DNA of 64,000 nt, from NCBI GenBank assembly GCA_044892525.1, contig CM097885.1, positions 3,226,001-3,290,000 on the forward strand, in the 5' to 3' direction. The stretch's first letter is position 1, and each line of letters opens with the position of its first letter. Below the pieces are notes generated by a model. The model was not told the origin of the DNA. It searched no databases and saw only the letters and a program-made list of their open reading frames with translations. A program made the translations under genes and the position numbers. Below are positions 27,144 to 43,816 of this stretch, in pieces. The stretch comes from Schmidtea polychroa. Lineage: Eukaryota.

Positions 27144-28612
27144 TAGAGATAGGGAGATAGAGATAGGGAGATATAGAGATAGGGAGATATAGAAATAGGG
27201 AGATATAGAGATAGGGAGATATAGAGATAGAGATAGGGAGATAGAGATAGGGAGATATAGAGATAGGGAGATATAGAGATAGAGATAGGGAGATAGAGAT
27301 ATAGATATAGAGAGATAGAGATAGGGAGATAGAGATAGGGAGATAGAGATAGGGAGATAGAGATAGGGAGATATAGAGATAGAGATATAGAGATAGGGAG
27401 ATAGAGATAGGGAGATATAGAGATAGAGATAGGGAGATAGAGATATAGATATAGAGAGATAGAGATAGGGAGATAGAGATAGGGAGAAAGAGATAGAGAT
27501 ATAGAGATAGGGAGATATAGAGATAGGGAGATATAGAGATAGGGAGATATAGAGATAGGGAGATAGAGATAGAGATAAAGATATAGAGAGATAGGGAGAT
27601 AGAGATAGGGAGATAGAGATAGGGAGATAGAGATAGGGAGATATAGAGATAGGGAGATATAGAGATAGGGAGATATAGAGATAGAGATAGGGAGATATAG
27701 AGATAGGGAGATATAGAGATAGGGAGATATAGAGATAGGGAGATATAGAGATAGGGAGATATAGAGATAGGGAGATATAAAGATAGGGAGATATAGAGAT
27801 AGAGATATAGATATAGAGATAGGGAGATATAGAGATAGGGAGATATAAAGATAGGGAGATATAGAGATAGGGAGATATAGAGATAGGGAGATATAGAGAT
27901 AGGGAGATATAAAGATAGGGAGATATAGAGATAGAGATATAGATATAGAGATAGGGAGATATAGAGATAGAGATATAGATATAGATATAGAGAGATAGAG
28001 ATAGGGAGATAGAGATAGGGAGATATAGAGATAGGGAGATATAGAGATAGGGAGATATAGAGATAGGGAGATATAAAGATAGGGAGATATAGAGATAGAG
28101 ATATAGATATAGAGATAGGGAGATATAGAGATAGGGAGATATAAAGATAGGGAGATATAGAGATAGAGATATAGATATAGAGATAGGGAGATATAGAGAT
28201 AGGGAGATATAGAGATAGGGAGATATAGAGATAGGGAGATATAGAGAGAGATAGAGATAAAGATATAGAGAGATAGGGAGATAGAGATAGGGAGATAGAG
28301 ATAAAGAGAGATATAGAGATATAGAGAGAAATATAGATAGAGAGATATAGATAGAGATATATAGAGATAGAGATAGAGATAGGGAGATATAGAGATAGAG
28401 ATAGGGAGATAGAGATAGGGAGATAGAGATAGGGAGATATAGAGATAGAGATTGAGATAGAGATAGAGATATAGAGAGATAGAGATAGGGAGATATAGAG
28501 ATAGAGATAGAGATATAGAGAGATAGAGATAGGGAGATATAGAGATAGAGATATAGAGATAGAGATATAGAGATAGAGATATAGATATAGAGAGAGAGAT
28601 ATAGAGATAGAG

Positions 28613-28650
<38 letters not shown>

Positions 28651-30776
28651 GGAGATAGAGATAGGGAGATAGAGATAGGGAGATATAGAGATAGGGAGAT
28701 ATAGAGATAGGGAGATATAGAGATAGGGAGATATAGAGATAGAGATAGGGAGATAGAGATAGGGAGATATAGAGATAGAGATAGGGAGATAGAGATAGGG
28801 AGATATAGAGATAGGGAGATATAGAGATAGGGAGATATAGAGATAGAGATAGGGAGATAGAGATATAGATATAGAGAGATAGAGATAGGGAGATAGAGAT
28901 AGAGAGATATAGAGATAGAGATATAGAGATAGGGAGATAGAGATAGGGAGATATAGAGATAGAGATAGGGAGATAGAGATATAGATATAGAGAGATAGAG
29001 ATAGGGAGATAGAGATAGGGAGAAAGAGATAGAGATATAGAGATAGGGAGATATAGAGATAGGGAGATATAGAGATAGGGAGATATAGAGATAGGGAGAT
29101 ATAGAGATAGGGAGATAGAGATAGAGATATAGATATAGAGATAGGGAGATATAGAGATAGGGAGATATAGAGATAGGGAGATATAGAGATAGGGAGATAT
29201 AGAGATAGGGAGATATAAAGATAGAGATATAGATATAGAGATAGGGAGATATAGAGATAGAGATATAGATATAGATATAGAGAGATAGAGATATAGATAT
29301 AGAGAGATAGAGATAGGGAGATAGAGATAGGGAGATATAGAGATAGGGAGATATAGAGATAGGGAGATATAGAGATAGGGAGATATAAAGATAGGGAGAT
29401 ATAGAGATAGAGATATAGATATAGAGATAGGGAGATATAGAGATAGGGAGATATAGAGATAGGGAGATATAGAGATAGGGAGATATAGAGATAGGGAGAT
29501 ATAAAGATAGGGAGATATAGAGATAGAGATATAGATATAGAGATAGGGAGATATAGAGATAGGGAGATATAGAGATAGGGAGATATAGAGATAGGGAGAT
29601 AGAGATAGGGAGATATAGAGATAGGGAGATATAGAGATAGGGAGATAGAGATAGAGATATAGATATAGAGATAGGGAGATATAGAGATAGGGAGATATAG
29701 AGATAGGGAGATATAGAGATAGGGAGATATAGAGATAGGGAGATATAGAGATAGAGATATAGATATAGAGATAGGGAGATATAGAGATAGAGATATAGAT
29801 ATAGATATAGAGAGATAGAGATAGGGAGATAGAGATAGGGAGATATAGAGATAGGGAGATATAGAGATAGGGAGATATAGAGATAGGGAGATATAGAGAT
29901 AGGGAGATATAAAGATAGGGAGATATAGAGATAGAGATATAGATATAGAGATAGGGAGATATAGAGATAGGGAGATATAAAGATAGGGAGATATAGAGAT
30001 AGGGAGATATAGAGATAGGGAGATATAGAGATAGGGAGATATAAAGATAGGGAGATATAGAGATAGAGATATAGATATAGAGATAGGGAGATATAGAGAT
30101 AGAGATATAGATATAGATATAGAGAGATAGAGATAGGGAGATAGAGATAGGGAGATATAGAGATAGGGAGATATAGAGATAGGGAGATATAGAGATAGGG
30201 AGATATAGAGATAGGGAGATATAGAGATAGGGAGATATAAAGATAGGGAGATATAGAGATAGAGATATAGATATAGAGATAGGGAGATATAGAGATAGGG
30301 AGATATAAAGATAGGGAGATATAGAGATAGAGATATAGATATAGAGATAGGGAGATATAGAGATAGGGAGATATAAAGATAGGGAGATATAGAGATAGAG
30401 ATATAGATATAGAGATAGGGAGATAGAGAGATAGGGAGACAGAGATAGGGAGATAGAGATAAAGAGAGATATAGAGATATAGAGAGAAATATAGATAGAG
30501 AGATATAGATAGAGATATAAAGAGATAGAGATAGAGATAGGGAGATATAGAGATAGAGATAGGGAGATAGAGATAGGGAGATAGAGATAGGGAGATATAG
30601 AGATAGAGATTGAGATAGAGATAGAGATATAGAGAGATAGAGATAGGGAGATATAGAGATAGAGATAGAGATATAGAGAGATAGAGATAGGGAGATATAG
30701 AGATAGAGATAGAGATATAGAGATAGAGATATAGAGATAGAGATATAGATATAGAGAGAGAGATATAGAGATAGAG

Positions 30777-30816
<40 letters not shown>

Positions 30817-32290
30817 GGAGATAGAGATAGGGAGATAGAGATAGGGAGATATAGAGATAGGGAGATATAGAAATAGGGAGATATAGAGATAGGGAGATAT
30901 AGAGATAGAGATAGGGAGATAGAGATAGGGAGATATAGAGATAGGGAGATATAGAGATAGAGATAGGGAGATAGAGATATAGATATAGAGAGATAGAGAT
31001 AGGGAGATAGAGATAGGGAGATAGAGATAGGGAGATAGAGATAGGGAGATATAGAGATAGAGATATAGAGATAGGGAGATAGAGATAGGGAGATATAGAG
31101 ATAGAGATAGGGAGATAGAGATATAGATATAGAGAGATAGAGATAGGGAGATAGAGATAGGGAGAAAGAGATAGAGATATAGAGATAGGGAGATATAGAG
31201 ATAGGGAGATATAGAGATAGGGAGATATAGAGATAGGGAGATAGAGATAGAGATAAAGATATAGAGAGATAGGGAGATAGAGATAGGGAGATAGAGATAG
31301 GGAGATAGAGATAGGGAGATATAGAGATAGGGAGATATAGAGATAGGGAGATATAGAGATAGAGATAGGGAGATATAGAGATAGGGAGATATAGAGATAG
31401 GGAGATATAGAGATAGGGAGATATAGAGATAGGGAGATATAGAGATAGGGAGATATAAAGATAGGGAGATATAGAGATAGAGATATAGATATAGAGATAG
31501 GGAGATATAGAGATAGGGAGATATAAAGATAGGGAGATATAGAGATAGGGAGATATAGAGATAGGGAGATATAGAGATAGGGAGATATAAAGATAGGGAG
31601 ATATAGAGATAGAGATATAGATATAGAGATAGGGAGATATAGAGATAGAGATATAGATATAGATATAGAGAGATAGAGATAGGGAGATAGAGATAGGGAG
31701 ATATAGAGATAGGGAGATATAGAGATAGGGAGATATAGAGATAGGGAGATATAAAGATAGGGAGATATAGAGATAGAGATATAGATATAGAGATAGGGAG
31801 ATATAGAGATAGGGAGATATAAAGATAGGGAGATATAGAGATAGAGATATAGATATAGAGATAGGGAGATATAGAGATAGGGAGATATAGAGATAGGGAG
31901 ATATAGAGATAGGGAGATATAGAGAGAGATAGAGATAAAGATATAGAGAGATAGGGAGATAGAGATAGGGAGATAGAGATAAAGAGAGATATAGAGATAT
32001 AGAGAGAAATATAGATAGAGAGATATAGATAGAGATATATAGAGATAGAGATAGAGATAGGGAGATATAGAGATAGAGATAGGGAGATAGAGATAGGGAG
32101 ATAGAGATAGGGAGATATAGAGATAGAGATTGAGATAGAGATAGAGATATAGAGAGATAGAGATAGGGAGATATAGAGATAGAGATAGAGATATAGAGAG
32201 ATAGAGATAGGGAGATATAGAGATAGAGATATAGAGATAGAGATATAGAGATAGAGATATAGATATAGAGAGAGAGATATAGAGATAGAG

Positions 32291-32330
<40 letters not shown>

Positions 32331-33204
32331 GGAGATAGAGATAGGGAGATAGAGATAGGGAGATATAGAGATAGGGAGATATAGAGATAGGGAGATATAG
32401 AGATAGGGAGATATAGAGATAGAGATAGGGAGATAGAGATAGGGAGATATAGAGATAGAGATAGGGAGATAGAGATAGGGAGATATAGAGATAGGGAGAT
32501 ATAGAGATAGGGAGATATAGAGATAGAGATAGGGAGATAGAGATATAGATATAGAGAGATAGAGATAGGGAGATAGAGATAGAGAGATATAGAGATAGAG
32601 ATATAGAGATAGGGAGATAGAGATAGGGAGATATAGAGATAGAGATAGGGAGATAGAGATATAGATATAGAGAGATAGAGATAGGGAGATAGAGATAGGG
32701 AGAAAGAGATAGAGATATAGAGATAGGGAGATATAGAGATAGGGAGATATAGAGATAGGGAGATATAGAGATAGGGAGATAGAGATAGAGATAAAGATAT
32801 AGAGAGATAGGGAGATAGAGATAGGGAGATAGAGATAGGGAGATAGAGATAGGGAGATATAGAGATAGGGAGATATAGAGATAGGGAGATATAGAGATAG
32901 GGAGATATAGAGATAGGGAGATATAGAGATAGGGAGATATAGAGATAGGGAGATATAGAGATAGGGAGATATAGAGATAGGGAGATATAGAGATAGAGAT
33001 AGGGAGATATAGAGATAGAGATATAGATATAGATATAGAGAGATAGAGATATAGATATAGAGAGATAGAGATAGGGAGATATAGAGATAGAGATAGAGAT
33101 ATAGAGAGATAGAGATAGGGAGATATAGAGATAGAGATAGAGATATAGAGATAGAGATATAGAGATAGAGATATAGATATAGAGAGAGAGATATAGAGAT
33201 AGAG

Positions 33205-33246
<42 letters not shown>

Positions 33247-34720
33247 GGAGATAGAGATAGGGAGATAGAGATAGGGAGATATAGAGATAGGGAGATATAG
33301 AAATAGGGAGATATAGAGATAGGGAGATATAGAGATAGAGATAGGGAGATAGAGATAGGGAGATATAGAGATAGGGAGATATAGAGATAGAGATAGGGAG
33401 ATAGAGATATAGATATAGAGAGATAGAGATAGGGAGATAGAGATAGGGAGATAGAGATAGGGAGATAGAGATAGGGAGATATAGAGATAGAGATATAGAG
33501 ATAGGGAGATAGAGATAGGGAGATATAGAGATAGAGATAGGGAGATAGAGATATAGATATAGAGAGATAGAGATAGGGAGATAGAGATAGGGAGAAAGAG
33601 ATAGAGATATAGAGATAGGGAGATATAGAGATAGGGAGATATAGAGATAGGGAGATATAGAGATAGGGAGATAGAGATAGAGATAAAGATATAGAGAGAT
33701 AGGGAGATAGAGATAGGGAGATAGAGATAGGGAGATAGAGATAGGGAGATATAGAGATAGGGAGATATAGAGATAGGGAGATATAGAGATAGAGATAGGG
33801 AGATATAGAGATAGGGAGATATAGAGATAGGGAGATATAGAGATAGGGAGATATAGAGATAGGGAGATATAGAGATAGGGAGATATAAAGATAGGGAGAT
33901 ATAGAGATAGAGATATAGATATAGAGATAGGGAGATATAGAGATAGGGAGATATAAAGATAGGGAGATATAGAGATAGGGAGATATAGAGATAGGGAGAT
34001 ATAGAGATAGGGAGATATAAAGATAGGGAGATATAGAGATAGAGATATAGATATAGAGATAGGGAGATATAGAGATAGAGATATAGATATAGATATAGAG
34101 AGATAGAGATAGGGAGATAGAGATAGGGAGATATAGAGATAGGGAGATATAGAGATAGGGAGATATAGAGATAGGGAGATATAAAGATAGGGAGATATAG
34201 AGATAGAGATATAGATATAGAGATAGGGAGATATAGAGATAGGGAGATATAAAGATAGGGAGATATAGAGATAGAGATATAGATATAGAGATAGGGAGAT
34301 ATAGAGATAGGGAGATATAGAGATAGGGAGATATAGAGATAGGGAGATATAGAGAGAGATAGAGATAAAGATATAGAGAGATAGGGAGATAGAGATAGGG
34401 AGATAGAGATAAAGAGAGATATAGAGATATAGAGAGAAATATAGATAGAGAGATATAGATAGAGATATATAGAGATAGAGATAGAGATAGGGAGATATAG
34501 AGATAGAGATAGGGAGATAGAGATAGGGAGATAGAGATAGGGAGATATAGAGATAGAGATTGAGATAGAGATAGAGATATAGAGAGATAGAGATAGGGAG
34601 ATATAGAGATAGAGATAGAGATATAGAGAGATAGAGATAGGGAGATATAGAGATAGAGATATAGAGATAGAGATATAGAGATAGAGATATAGATATAGAG
34701 AGAGAGATATAGAGATAGAG

Positions 34721-34764
<44 letters not shown>

Positions 34765-37700
34765 GGAGATAGAGATAGGGAGATAGAGATAGGGAGATAT
34801 AGAGATAGGGAGATATAGAGATAGGGAGATATAGAGATAGGGAGATATAGAGATAGAGATAGGGAGATAGAGATAGGGAGATATAGAGATAGAGATAGGG
34901 AGATAGAGATAGGGAGATATAGAGATAGGGAGATATAGAGATAGGGAGATATAGAGATAGAGATAGGGAGATAGAGATATAGATATAGAGAGATAGAGAT
35001 AGGGAGATAGAGATAGAGAGATATAGAGATAGAGATATAGAGATAGGGAGATAGAGATAGGGAGATATAGAGATAGAGATAGGGAGATAGAGATATAGAT
35101 ATAGAGAGATAGAGATAGGGAGATAGAGATAGGGAGAAAGAGATAGAGATATAGAGATAGGGAGATATAGAGATAGGGAGATATAGAGATAGGGAGATAT
35201 AGAGATAGGGAGATAGAGATAGAGATAAAGATATAGAGAGATAGGGAGATAGAGATAGGGAGATAGAGATAGGGAGATAGAGATAGGGAGATATAGAGAT
35301 AGGGAGATATAGAGATAGGGAGATATAGAGATAGGGAGATATAGAGATAGGGAGATATAGAGATAGGGAGATATAGAGATAGGGAGATATAGAGATAGGG
35401 AGATATAGAGATAGGGAGATATAGAGATAGAGATAGGGAGATATAGAGATAGAGATATAGATATAGATATAGAGAGATAGAGATATAGATATAGAGAGAT
35501 AGAGATAGGGAGATAGAGATAGGGAGATAGAGATAGGGAGATAGAGATAGGGAGATAGAGATATAGAGATAGGGAGATATAGAGATAGGGAGATATAGAG
35601 ATAGGGAGATATAGAGATAAGGAGATATAGAGATAGGGAGATATAAAGATAGGGAGATATAGAGATAGAGATATAGATATAGAGAGATAGGGAGATAGAG
35701 ATAGGGAGATAGAGATATAGAGAGATAGAGATAGGGAGATAGAGATAGGGAGATATAGATATAGGGAGATATAGAGATAGGGAGATATACAGATAGGGAG
35801 ATATAGAGATAGGGAGATATAGAGATAGGGAGATATAGAGATAGGGAGATATAGAGATAGGGAGATATAGAGATAGGGAGATATAGAGATAGGGAGATAG
35901 AGATAGAGATATAGATATAGAGAGATAGGGAGATAGAGATAGGGAGATAGAGATAGGGAGATAGAGATAGGGAGATATAGAGATAGGGAGATATAGAGAT
36001 AGGGAGATATAGAGATAGGGAGATATAGAGATAGGGAGATATAAAGATAGGGAGATATAGAGATAGAGATATAGATATAGAGATAGGGAGATATAGAGAT
36101 AGGGAGATATAAAGATAGGGAGATATAGAGATAGAGATATAGATATAGAGATAGGGAGATATAGAGATAGGGAGATATAAAGATAGGGAGATATAGAGAT
36201 AGAGATATAGATATAGAGATAGGGAGATAGAGAGATAGGGAGACAGAGATAGGGAGATAGAGATAAAGAGAGATATAGAGATATAGAGAGAAATATAGAT
36301 AGAGAGATATAGATAGAGATATAAGAGATAGAGATAGAGATAGGGAGATATAGAGATAGAGATAGGGAGATAGAGATAGGGAGATAGAGATAGGGAGATA
36401 TAGAGATAGAGATTGAGATAGAGATAGAGATATAGAGAGATAGAGATAGGGAGATATAGAGATAGAGATAGAGATATAGAGAGATAGAGATAGGGAGATA
36501 TAGAGATAGAGATAGAGATATAGAGATAGAGATATAGAGATAGAGATATAGATATAGAGAGAGAGATATAGAGATAGAGATATAGAGAGAGAGAGAGAGA
36601 GAGAGAGATAGGGAGATAGAGATAGGGAGATAGAGATAGGGAGATATAGAGATAAGGAGATATAGAAATAGGGAGATATAGAGATAGAGATAGGGAGATA
36701 GAGATAGGGAGATATAGAGATAGGGAGATATAGAGATAGAGATAGGGAGATAGAGATATAGATATAGAGAGATAGAGATAGGGAGATAGAGATAGGGAGA
36801 TAGAGATAGGGAGATAGAGATAGGGAGATATAGAGATAGAGATATAGAGATAGGGAGATAGAGATAGGGAGATATAGAGATAGAGATAGGGAGATAGAGA
36901 TATAGATATAGAGAGATAGAGATAGGGAGATAGAGATAGGGAGAAAGAGATAGAGATATAGAGATAGGGAGATATAGAGATAGGGAGATATAGAGATAGG
37001 GAGATATAGAGATAGGGAGATAGAGATAGAGATAAAGATATAGAGAGATAGGGAGATAGAGATAGGGAGATAGAGATAGGGAGATAGAGATAGGGAGATA
37101 TAGAGATAGGGAGATATAGAGATAGGGAGATATAGAGATAGGGAGATATAGAGATAGGGAGATATAGAGATAGGGAGATATAGAGATAGGGAGATAGAGA
37201 TAGGGAGATATAGAGATAGGGAGATATAGAGATAGGGAGATATAGAGATAGGGAGATATAGAGATAGGGAGATATAGAGATAGGGAGATATAGAGATAGG
37301 GAGATATAGAGATAGGGAGATATAAAGATAGGGAGATATAGAGATAGAGATATAGATATAGAGATAGGGAGATATAGAGATAGGGAGATATAAAGATAGG
37401 GAGATATAGAGATAGGGAGATATAGAGATAGGGAGATATAGAGATAGGGAGATATAAAGATAGGGAGATATAGAGATAGAGATATAGATATAGAGATAGG
37501 GAGATATAGAGATAGAGATATAGATATAGATATAGAGAGATAGAGATAGGGAGATAGAGATAGGGAGATATAGAGATAGGGAGATATAGAGATAGGGAGA
37601 TATAGAGATAGGGAGATATAAAGATAGGGAGATATAGAGATAGAGATATAGATATAGAGATAGGGAGATATAGAGATAGGGAGATATAAAGATAGGGAGA

Positions 37701-38157
37701 TATAGAGATAGAGATATAGATATAGAGATAGGGAGATATAGAGATAGGGAGATATAGAGATAGGGAGATATAGAGATAGGGAGATATAGAGAGAGATAGA
37801 GATAAAGATATAGAGAGATAGGGAGATAGAGATAGGGAGATAGAGATAAAGAGAGATATAGAGATATAGAGAGAAATATAGATAGAGAGATATAGATAGA
37901 GATATATAGAGATAGAGATAGAGATAGGGAGATATAGAGATAGAGATAGGGAGATAGAGATAGGGAGATAGAGATAGGGAGATATAGAGATAGAGATTGA
38001 GATAGAGATAGAGATATAGAGAGATAGAGATAGGGAGATATAGAGATAGAGATAGAGATATAGAGAGATAGAGATAGGGAGATATAGAGATAGAGATAGA
38101 GATATAGAGATAGAGATATAGAGATAGAGATATAGAGAGAGAGATATAGAGATAGAG

Positions 38158-38197
<40 letters not shown>

Positions 38198-41100
38198 GGA
38201 GATAGAGATAGGGAGATAGAGATAGGGAGATATAGAGATAGGGAGATATAGAGATAGGGAGATATAGAGATAGGGAGATATAGAGATAGAGATAGGGAGA
38301 TAGAGATAGGGAGATATAGAGATAGAGATAGGGAGATAGAGATAGGGAGATATAGAGATAGGGAGATATAGAGATAGGGAGATATAGAGATAGAGATAGG
38401 GAGATAGAGATATAGATATAGAGAGATAGAGATAGGGAGATAGAGATAGAGAGATATAGAGATAGAGATATAGAGATAGGGAGATAGAGATAGGGAGATA
38501 TAGAGATAGAGATAGGGAGATAGAGATATAGATATAGAGAGATAGAGATAGGGAGATAGAGATAGGGAGAAAGAGATAGAGATATAGAGATAGGGAGATA
38601 TAGAGATAGGGAGATATAGAGATAGGGAGATATAGAGATAGGGAGATAGAGATAGAGATAAAGATATAGAGAGATAGGGAGATAGAGATAGGGAGATAGA
38701 GATAGGGAGATAGAGATAGGGAGATATAGAGATAGGGAGATATAGAGATAGGGAGATATAGAGATAGGGAGATATAGAGATAGGGAGATATAGAGATAGG
38801 GAGATATAGAGATAGGGAGATATAGAGATAGGGAGATATAGAGATAGGGAGATATAGAGATAGAGATAGGGAGATATAGAGATAGAGATATAGATATAGA
38901 TATAGAGAGATAGAGATATAGATATAGAGAGATAGAGATAGGGAGATAGAGATAGGGAGATAGAGATAGGGAGATAGAGATAGGGAGATAGAGATATAGA
39001 GATAGGGAGATATAGAGATAGGGAGATATAGAGATAGGGAGATATAGAGATAAGGAGATATAGAGATAGGGAGATATAAAGATAGGGAGATATAGAGATA
39101 GAGATATAGATATAGAGAGATAGGGAGATAGAGATAGGGAGATAGAGATATAGAGAGATAGAGATAGGGAGATAGAGATAGGGAGATATAGATATAGGGA
39201 GATATAGAGATAGGGAGATATAGAGATAGGGAGATATAGAGATAGGGAGATATAGAGATAGGGAGATATAGAGATAGGGAGATATAGAGATAGGGAGATA
39301 TAGAGATAGGGAGATATAGAGATAGGGAGATAGAGATAGGATATAGATATAGAGAGATAGGGAGATAGAGATAGGGAGATAGAGATAGGGAGATATAGAG
39401 ATAGGGAGATATAGAGATAGGGAGATAGAGATAGAGATATAGATATAGAGATAGGGAGATATAGAGATAGGGAGATATAGAGATAGGGAGATATAGAGAT
39501 AGAGATATAGATATAGAGATAGGGAGATATAGAGATAGAGATATAGAGAGATAGAGATAGGGAGATAGAGATAGGGAGATATAGAGATAGGGAGATATAG
39601 TGATAGGGAGATATAGAGATAGGGAGATATAGAGATAGGGAGATATAAAGATAGGGAGATATAGAGATAGAGATATAGATATAGAGATAGGGAGATATAG
39701 AGATAGGGAGATAGAGATAGGGAGATATAGAGATAGAGATAGGGAGATAGAGATATAGATATAGAGAGATAGAGATAGGGAGATAGAGATAGGGAGAAAG
39801 AGATAGAGATATAGAGATAGGGAGATATAGAGATAGGGAGATATAGAGATAGGGAGATATAGAGATAGGGAGATAGAGATAGAGATAAAGATATAGAGAG
39901 ATAGGGAGATAGAGATAGGGAGATAGAGATAGGGAGATAGAGATAGGGAGATATAGAGATAGGGAGATATAGAGATAGGGAGATATAGAGATAGGGAGAT
40001 ATAGAGATAGGGAGATATAGAGATAGGGAGATATAGAGATAGGGAGATATAGAGATAGGGAGATATAGAGATAGGGAGATATAGAGATAGAGATAGGGAG
40101 ATATAGAGATAGAGATATAGATATAGATATAGAGAGATAGAGATATAGATATAGAGAGATAGAGATAGGGAGATAGAGATAGGGAGATAGAGATAGGGAG
40201 ATAGAGATATGGAGATAGAGATATAGAGATAGGGAGATATAGAGATAGGGAGATATAGAGATAGGGAGATATAGAGATAAGGAGATATAGAGATAGGGAG
40301 ATATAAAGATAGGGAGATATAGAGATAGAGATATAGATATAGAGAGATAGGGAGATAGAGATAGGGAGATAGAGATATAGAGAGATAGAGATAGGGAGAT
40401 AGAGATAGGGAGATATAGATATAGGGAGATATAGAGATAGGGAGATATAGAGATAGGGAGATATAGAGATAGGGAGATATAGAGATAGGGAGATATAGAG
40501 ATAGGGAGATATAGAGATAGGGAGATATAGAGATAGGGAGATATAGAGATAGGGAGATAGAGATAGAGATATAGATATAGAGAGATAGGGAGATAGAGAT
40601 AGGGAGATAGAGATAGGGAGATAGAGATAGGGAGATATAGAGATAGGGAGATATAGAGATAGGGAGATATAGAGATAGGGAGATATAGAGATAGGGAGAT
40701 ATAAAGATAGGGAGATATAGAGATAGAGATAGGGAGATAGAGATAGGGAGATATAGAGATAGGGAGATATAGAGATAGGGAGATATAGAGATAGAGATAG
40801 GGAGATAGAGATATAGATATAGAGAGATAGAGATAGGGAGATAGAGATAGAGAGATATAGAGATAGAGATATAGAGATAGGGAGATAGAGATAGGGAGAT
40901 ATAGAGATAGAGATAGGGAGATAGAGATAGGGAGATATAGAGATAGGGAGATATAGAGATAGGGAGATATAGAGATAGAGATAGGGAGATAGAGATATAG
41001 ATATAGAGAGATAGAGATAGGGAGATAGAGATAGAGAGATATAGAGATAGAGATATAGAGATAGGGAGATAGAGATAGGGAGATATAGAGATAGAGATAG

Positions 41101-43772
41101 GGAGATAGAGATATAGATATAGAGAGATAGAGATAGGGAGATAGAGATAGGGAGAAAGAGATAGAGATATAGAGATAGGGAGATATAGAGATAGGGAGAT
41201 ATAGAGATAGGGAGATATAGAGATAGGGAGATAGAGATAGAGATAAAGATATAGAGAGATAGGGAGATAGAGATAGGGAGATAGAGATAGGGAGATAGAG
41301 ATAGGGAGATATAGAGATAGGGAGATATAGAGATAGGGAGATATAGAGATAGGGAGATATAGAGATAGGGAGATATAGAGATAGGGAGATATAGAGATAG
41401 GGAGATATAGAGATAGGGAGATATAGAGATAGGGAGATATAGAGATAGAGATAGGGAGATATAGAGATAAAGATATAGATATAGATATAGAGAGATAGAG
41501 ATATAGATATAGAGAGATAGAGATAGGGAGATAGAGATAGGGAGATAGAGATAGGGAGATAGAGATAGGGAGATAGAGATATAGAGATAGGGAGATATAG
41601 AGATAGGGAGATATAGAGATAGGGAGATATAGAGATAAGGAGATATAGAGATAGGGAGATATAAGATAGGGAGATATAGAGATAGAGATATAGATATAGA
41701 GAGATAGGGAGATAGAGATAGGGAGATAGAGATATAGAGAGATAGAGATAGGGAGATAGAGATAGGGAGATATAGATATAGGGAGATATAGAGATAGGGA
41801 GATATAGAGATAGGGAGATATAGAGATAGGGAGATATAGAGATAGGGAGATATAGAGATAGGGAGATATAGAGATAGGGAGATATAGAGATAGGGAGATA
41901 TAGAGATAGGGAGATAGAGATAGGATATAGATATAGAGAGATAGGGAGATAGAGATAGGGAGATAGAGATAGGGAGATATAGAGATAGGGAGATATAGAG
42001 ATAGGGAGATAGAGATAGAGATATAGATATAGAGATAGGGAGATATAGAGATAGGGAGATATAGAGATAGGGAGATATAGAGATAGAGATATAGATATAG
42101 AGATAGGGAGATATAGAGATAGAGATATAGAGAGATAGAGATAGGGAGATAGAGATAGGGAGATATAGAGATAGGGAGATATAGTGATAGGGAGATATAG
42201 AGATAGGGAGATATAGAGATAGGGAGATATAAAGATAGGGAGATATAGAGATAGAGATATAGATATAGAGATAGGGAGATATAGAGATAGGGAGATAGAG
42301 ATAGGGAGATATAGAGATAGAGATAGGGAGATAGAGATATAGATATAGAGAGATAGAGATAGGGAGATAGAGATAGGGAGAAAGAGATAGAGATATAGAG
42401 ATAGGGAGATATAGAGATAGGGAGATATAGAGATAGGGAGATATAGAGATAGGGAGATAGAGATAGAGATAAAGATATAGAGAGATAGGGAGATAGAGAT
42501 AGGGAGATAGAGATAGGGAGATAGAGATAGGGAGATATAGAGATAGGGAGATATAGAGATAGGGAGATATAGAGATAGGGAGATATAGAGATAGGGAGAT
42601 ATAGAGATAGGGAGATATAGAGATAGGGAGATATAGAGATAGGGAGATATAGAGATAGGGAGATATAGAGATAGAGATAGGGAGATATAGAGATAGAGAT
42701 ATAGATATAGATATAGAGAGATAGAGATATAGATATAGAGAGATAGAGATAGGGAGATAGAGATAGGGAGATAGAGATAGGGAGATAGAGATAGGGAGAT
42801 AGAGATATAGAGATAGGGAGATATAGAGATAGGGAGATATAGAGATAGGGAGATATAGAGATAAGGAGATATAGAGATAGGGAGATATAAAGATAGGGAG
42901 ATATAGAGATAGAGATATAGATATAGAGAGATAGGGAGATAGAGATAGGGAGATAGAGATATAGAGAGATAGAGATAGGGAGATAGAGATAGGGAGATAT
43001 AGATATAGGGAGATATAGAGATAGGGAGATATAGAGATAGGGAGATATAGAGATAGGGAGATATAGAGATAGGGAGATATAGAGATAGGGAGATATAGAG
43101 ATAGGGAGATATAGAGATAGGGAGATATAGAGATAGGGAGATATAGAGATAGGGAGATAGAGATAGAGATATAGATATAGAGAGATAGGGAGATAGAGAT
43201 AGGGAGATAGAGATAGGGAGATAGAGATAGGGAGATATAGAGATAGGGAGATATAGAGATAGGGAGATATAGAGATAGGGAGATATAGAGATAGGGAGAT
43301 ATAAAGATAGGGAGATATAGAGATAGAGATATAGATATAGAGATAGGGAGATATAGAGATAGGGAGATATAAAGATAGGGAGATATAGAGATAGAGATAT
43401 AGATATAGAGATAGGGAGATAGAGAGATAGGGAGACAGAGATAGGGAGATAGAGATAAAGAGAGATATAGAGATATAGAGAGAAATATAGATAGAGAGAT
43501 ATAGATAGAGATATAAAGAGATAGAGATAGAGATAGGGAGATATAGAGATAGAGATAGGGAGATAGAGATAGGGAGATAGAGATAGGGAGATATAGAGAT
43601 AGAGATTGAGATAGAGATAGAGATATAGAGAGATAGAGATAGGGAGATATAGAGATAGAGATAGAGATATAGAGAGATAGAGATAGGGAGATATAGAGAT
43701 AGAGATAGAGATATAGAGATAGAGATATAGAGATAGAGATATAGATATAGAGAGAGAGATATAGAGATAGAG

Positions 43773-43816
<44 letters not shown>

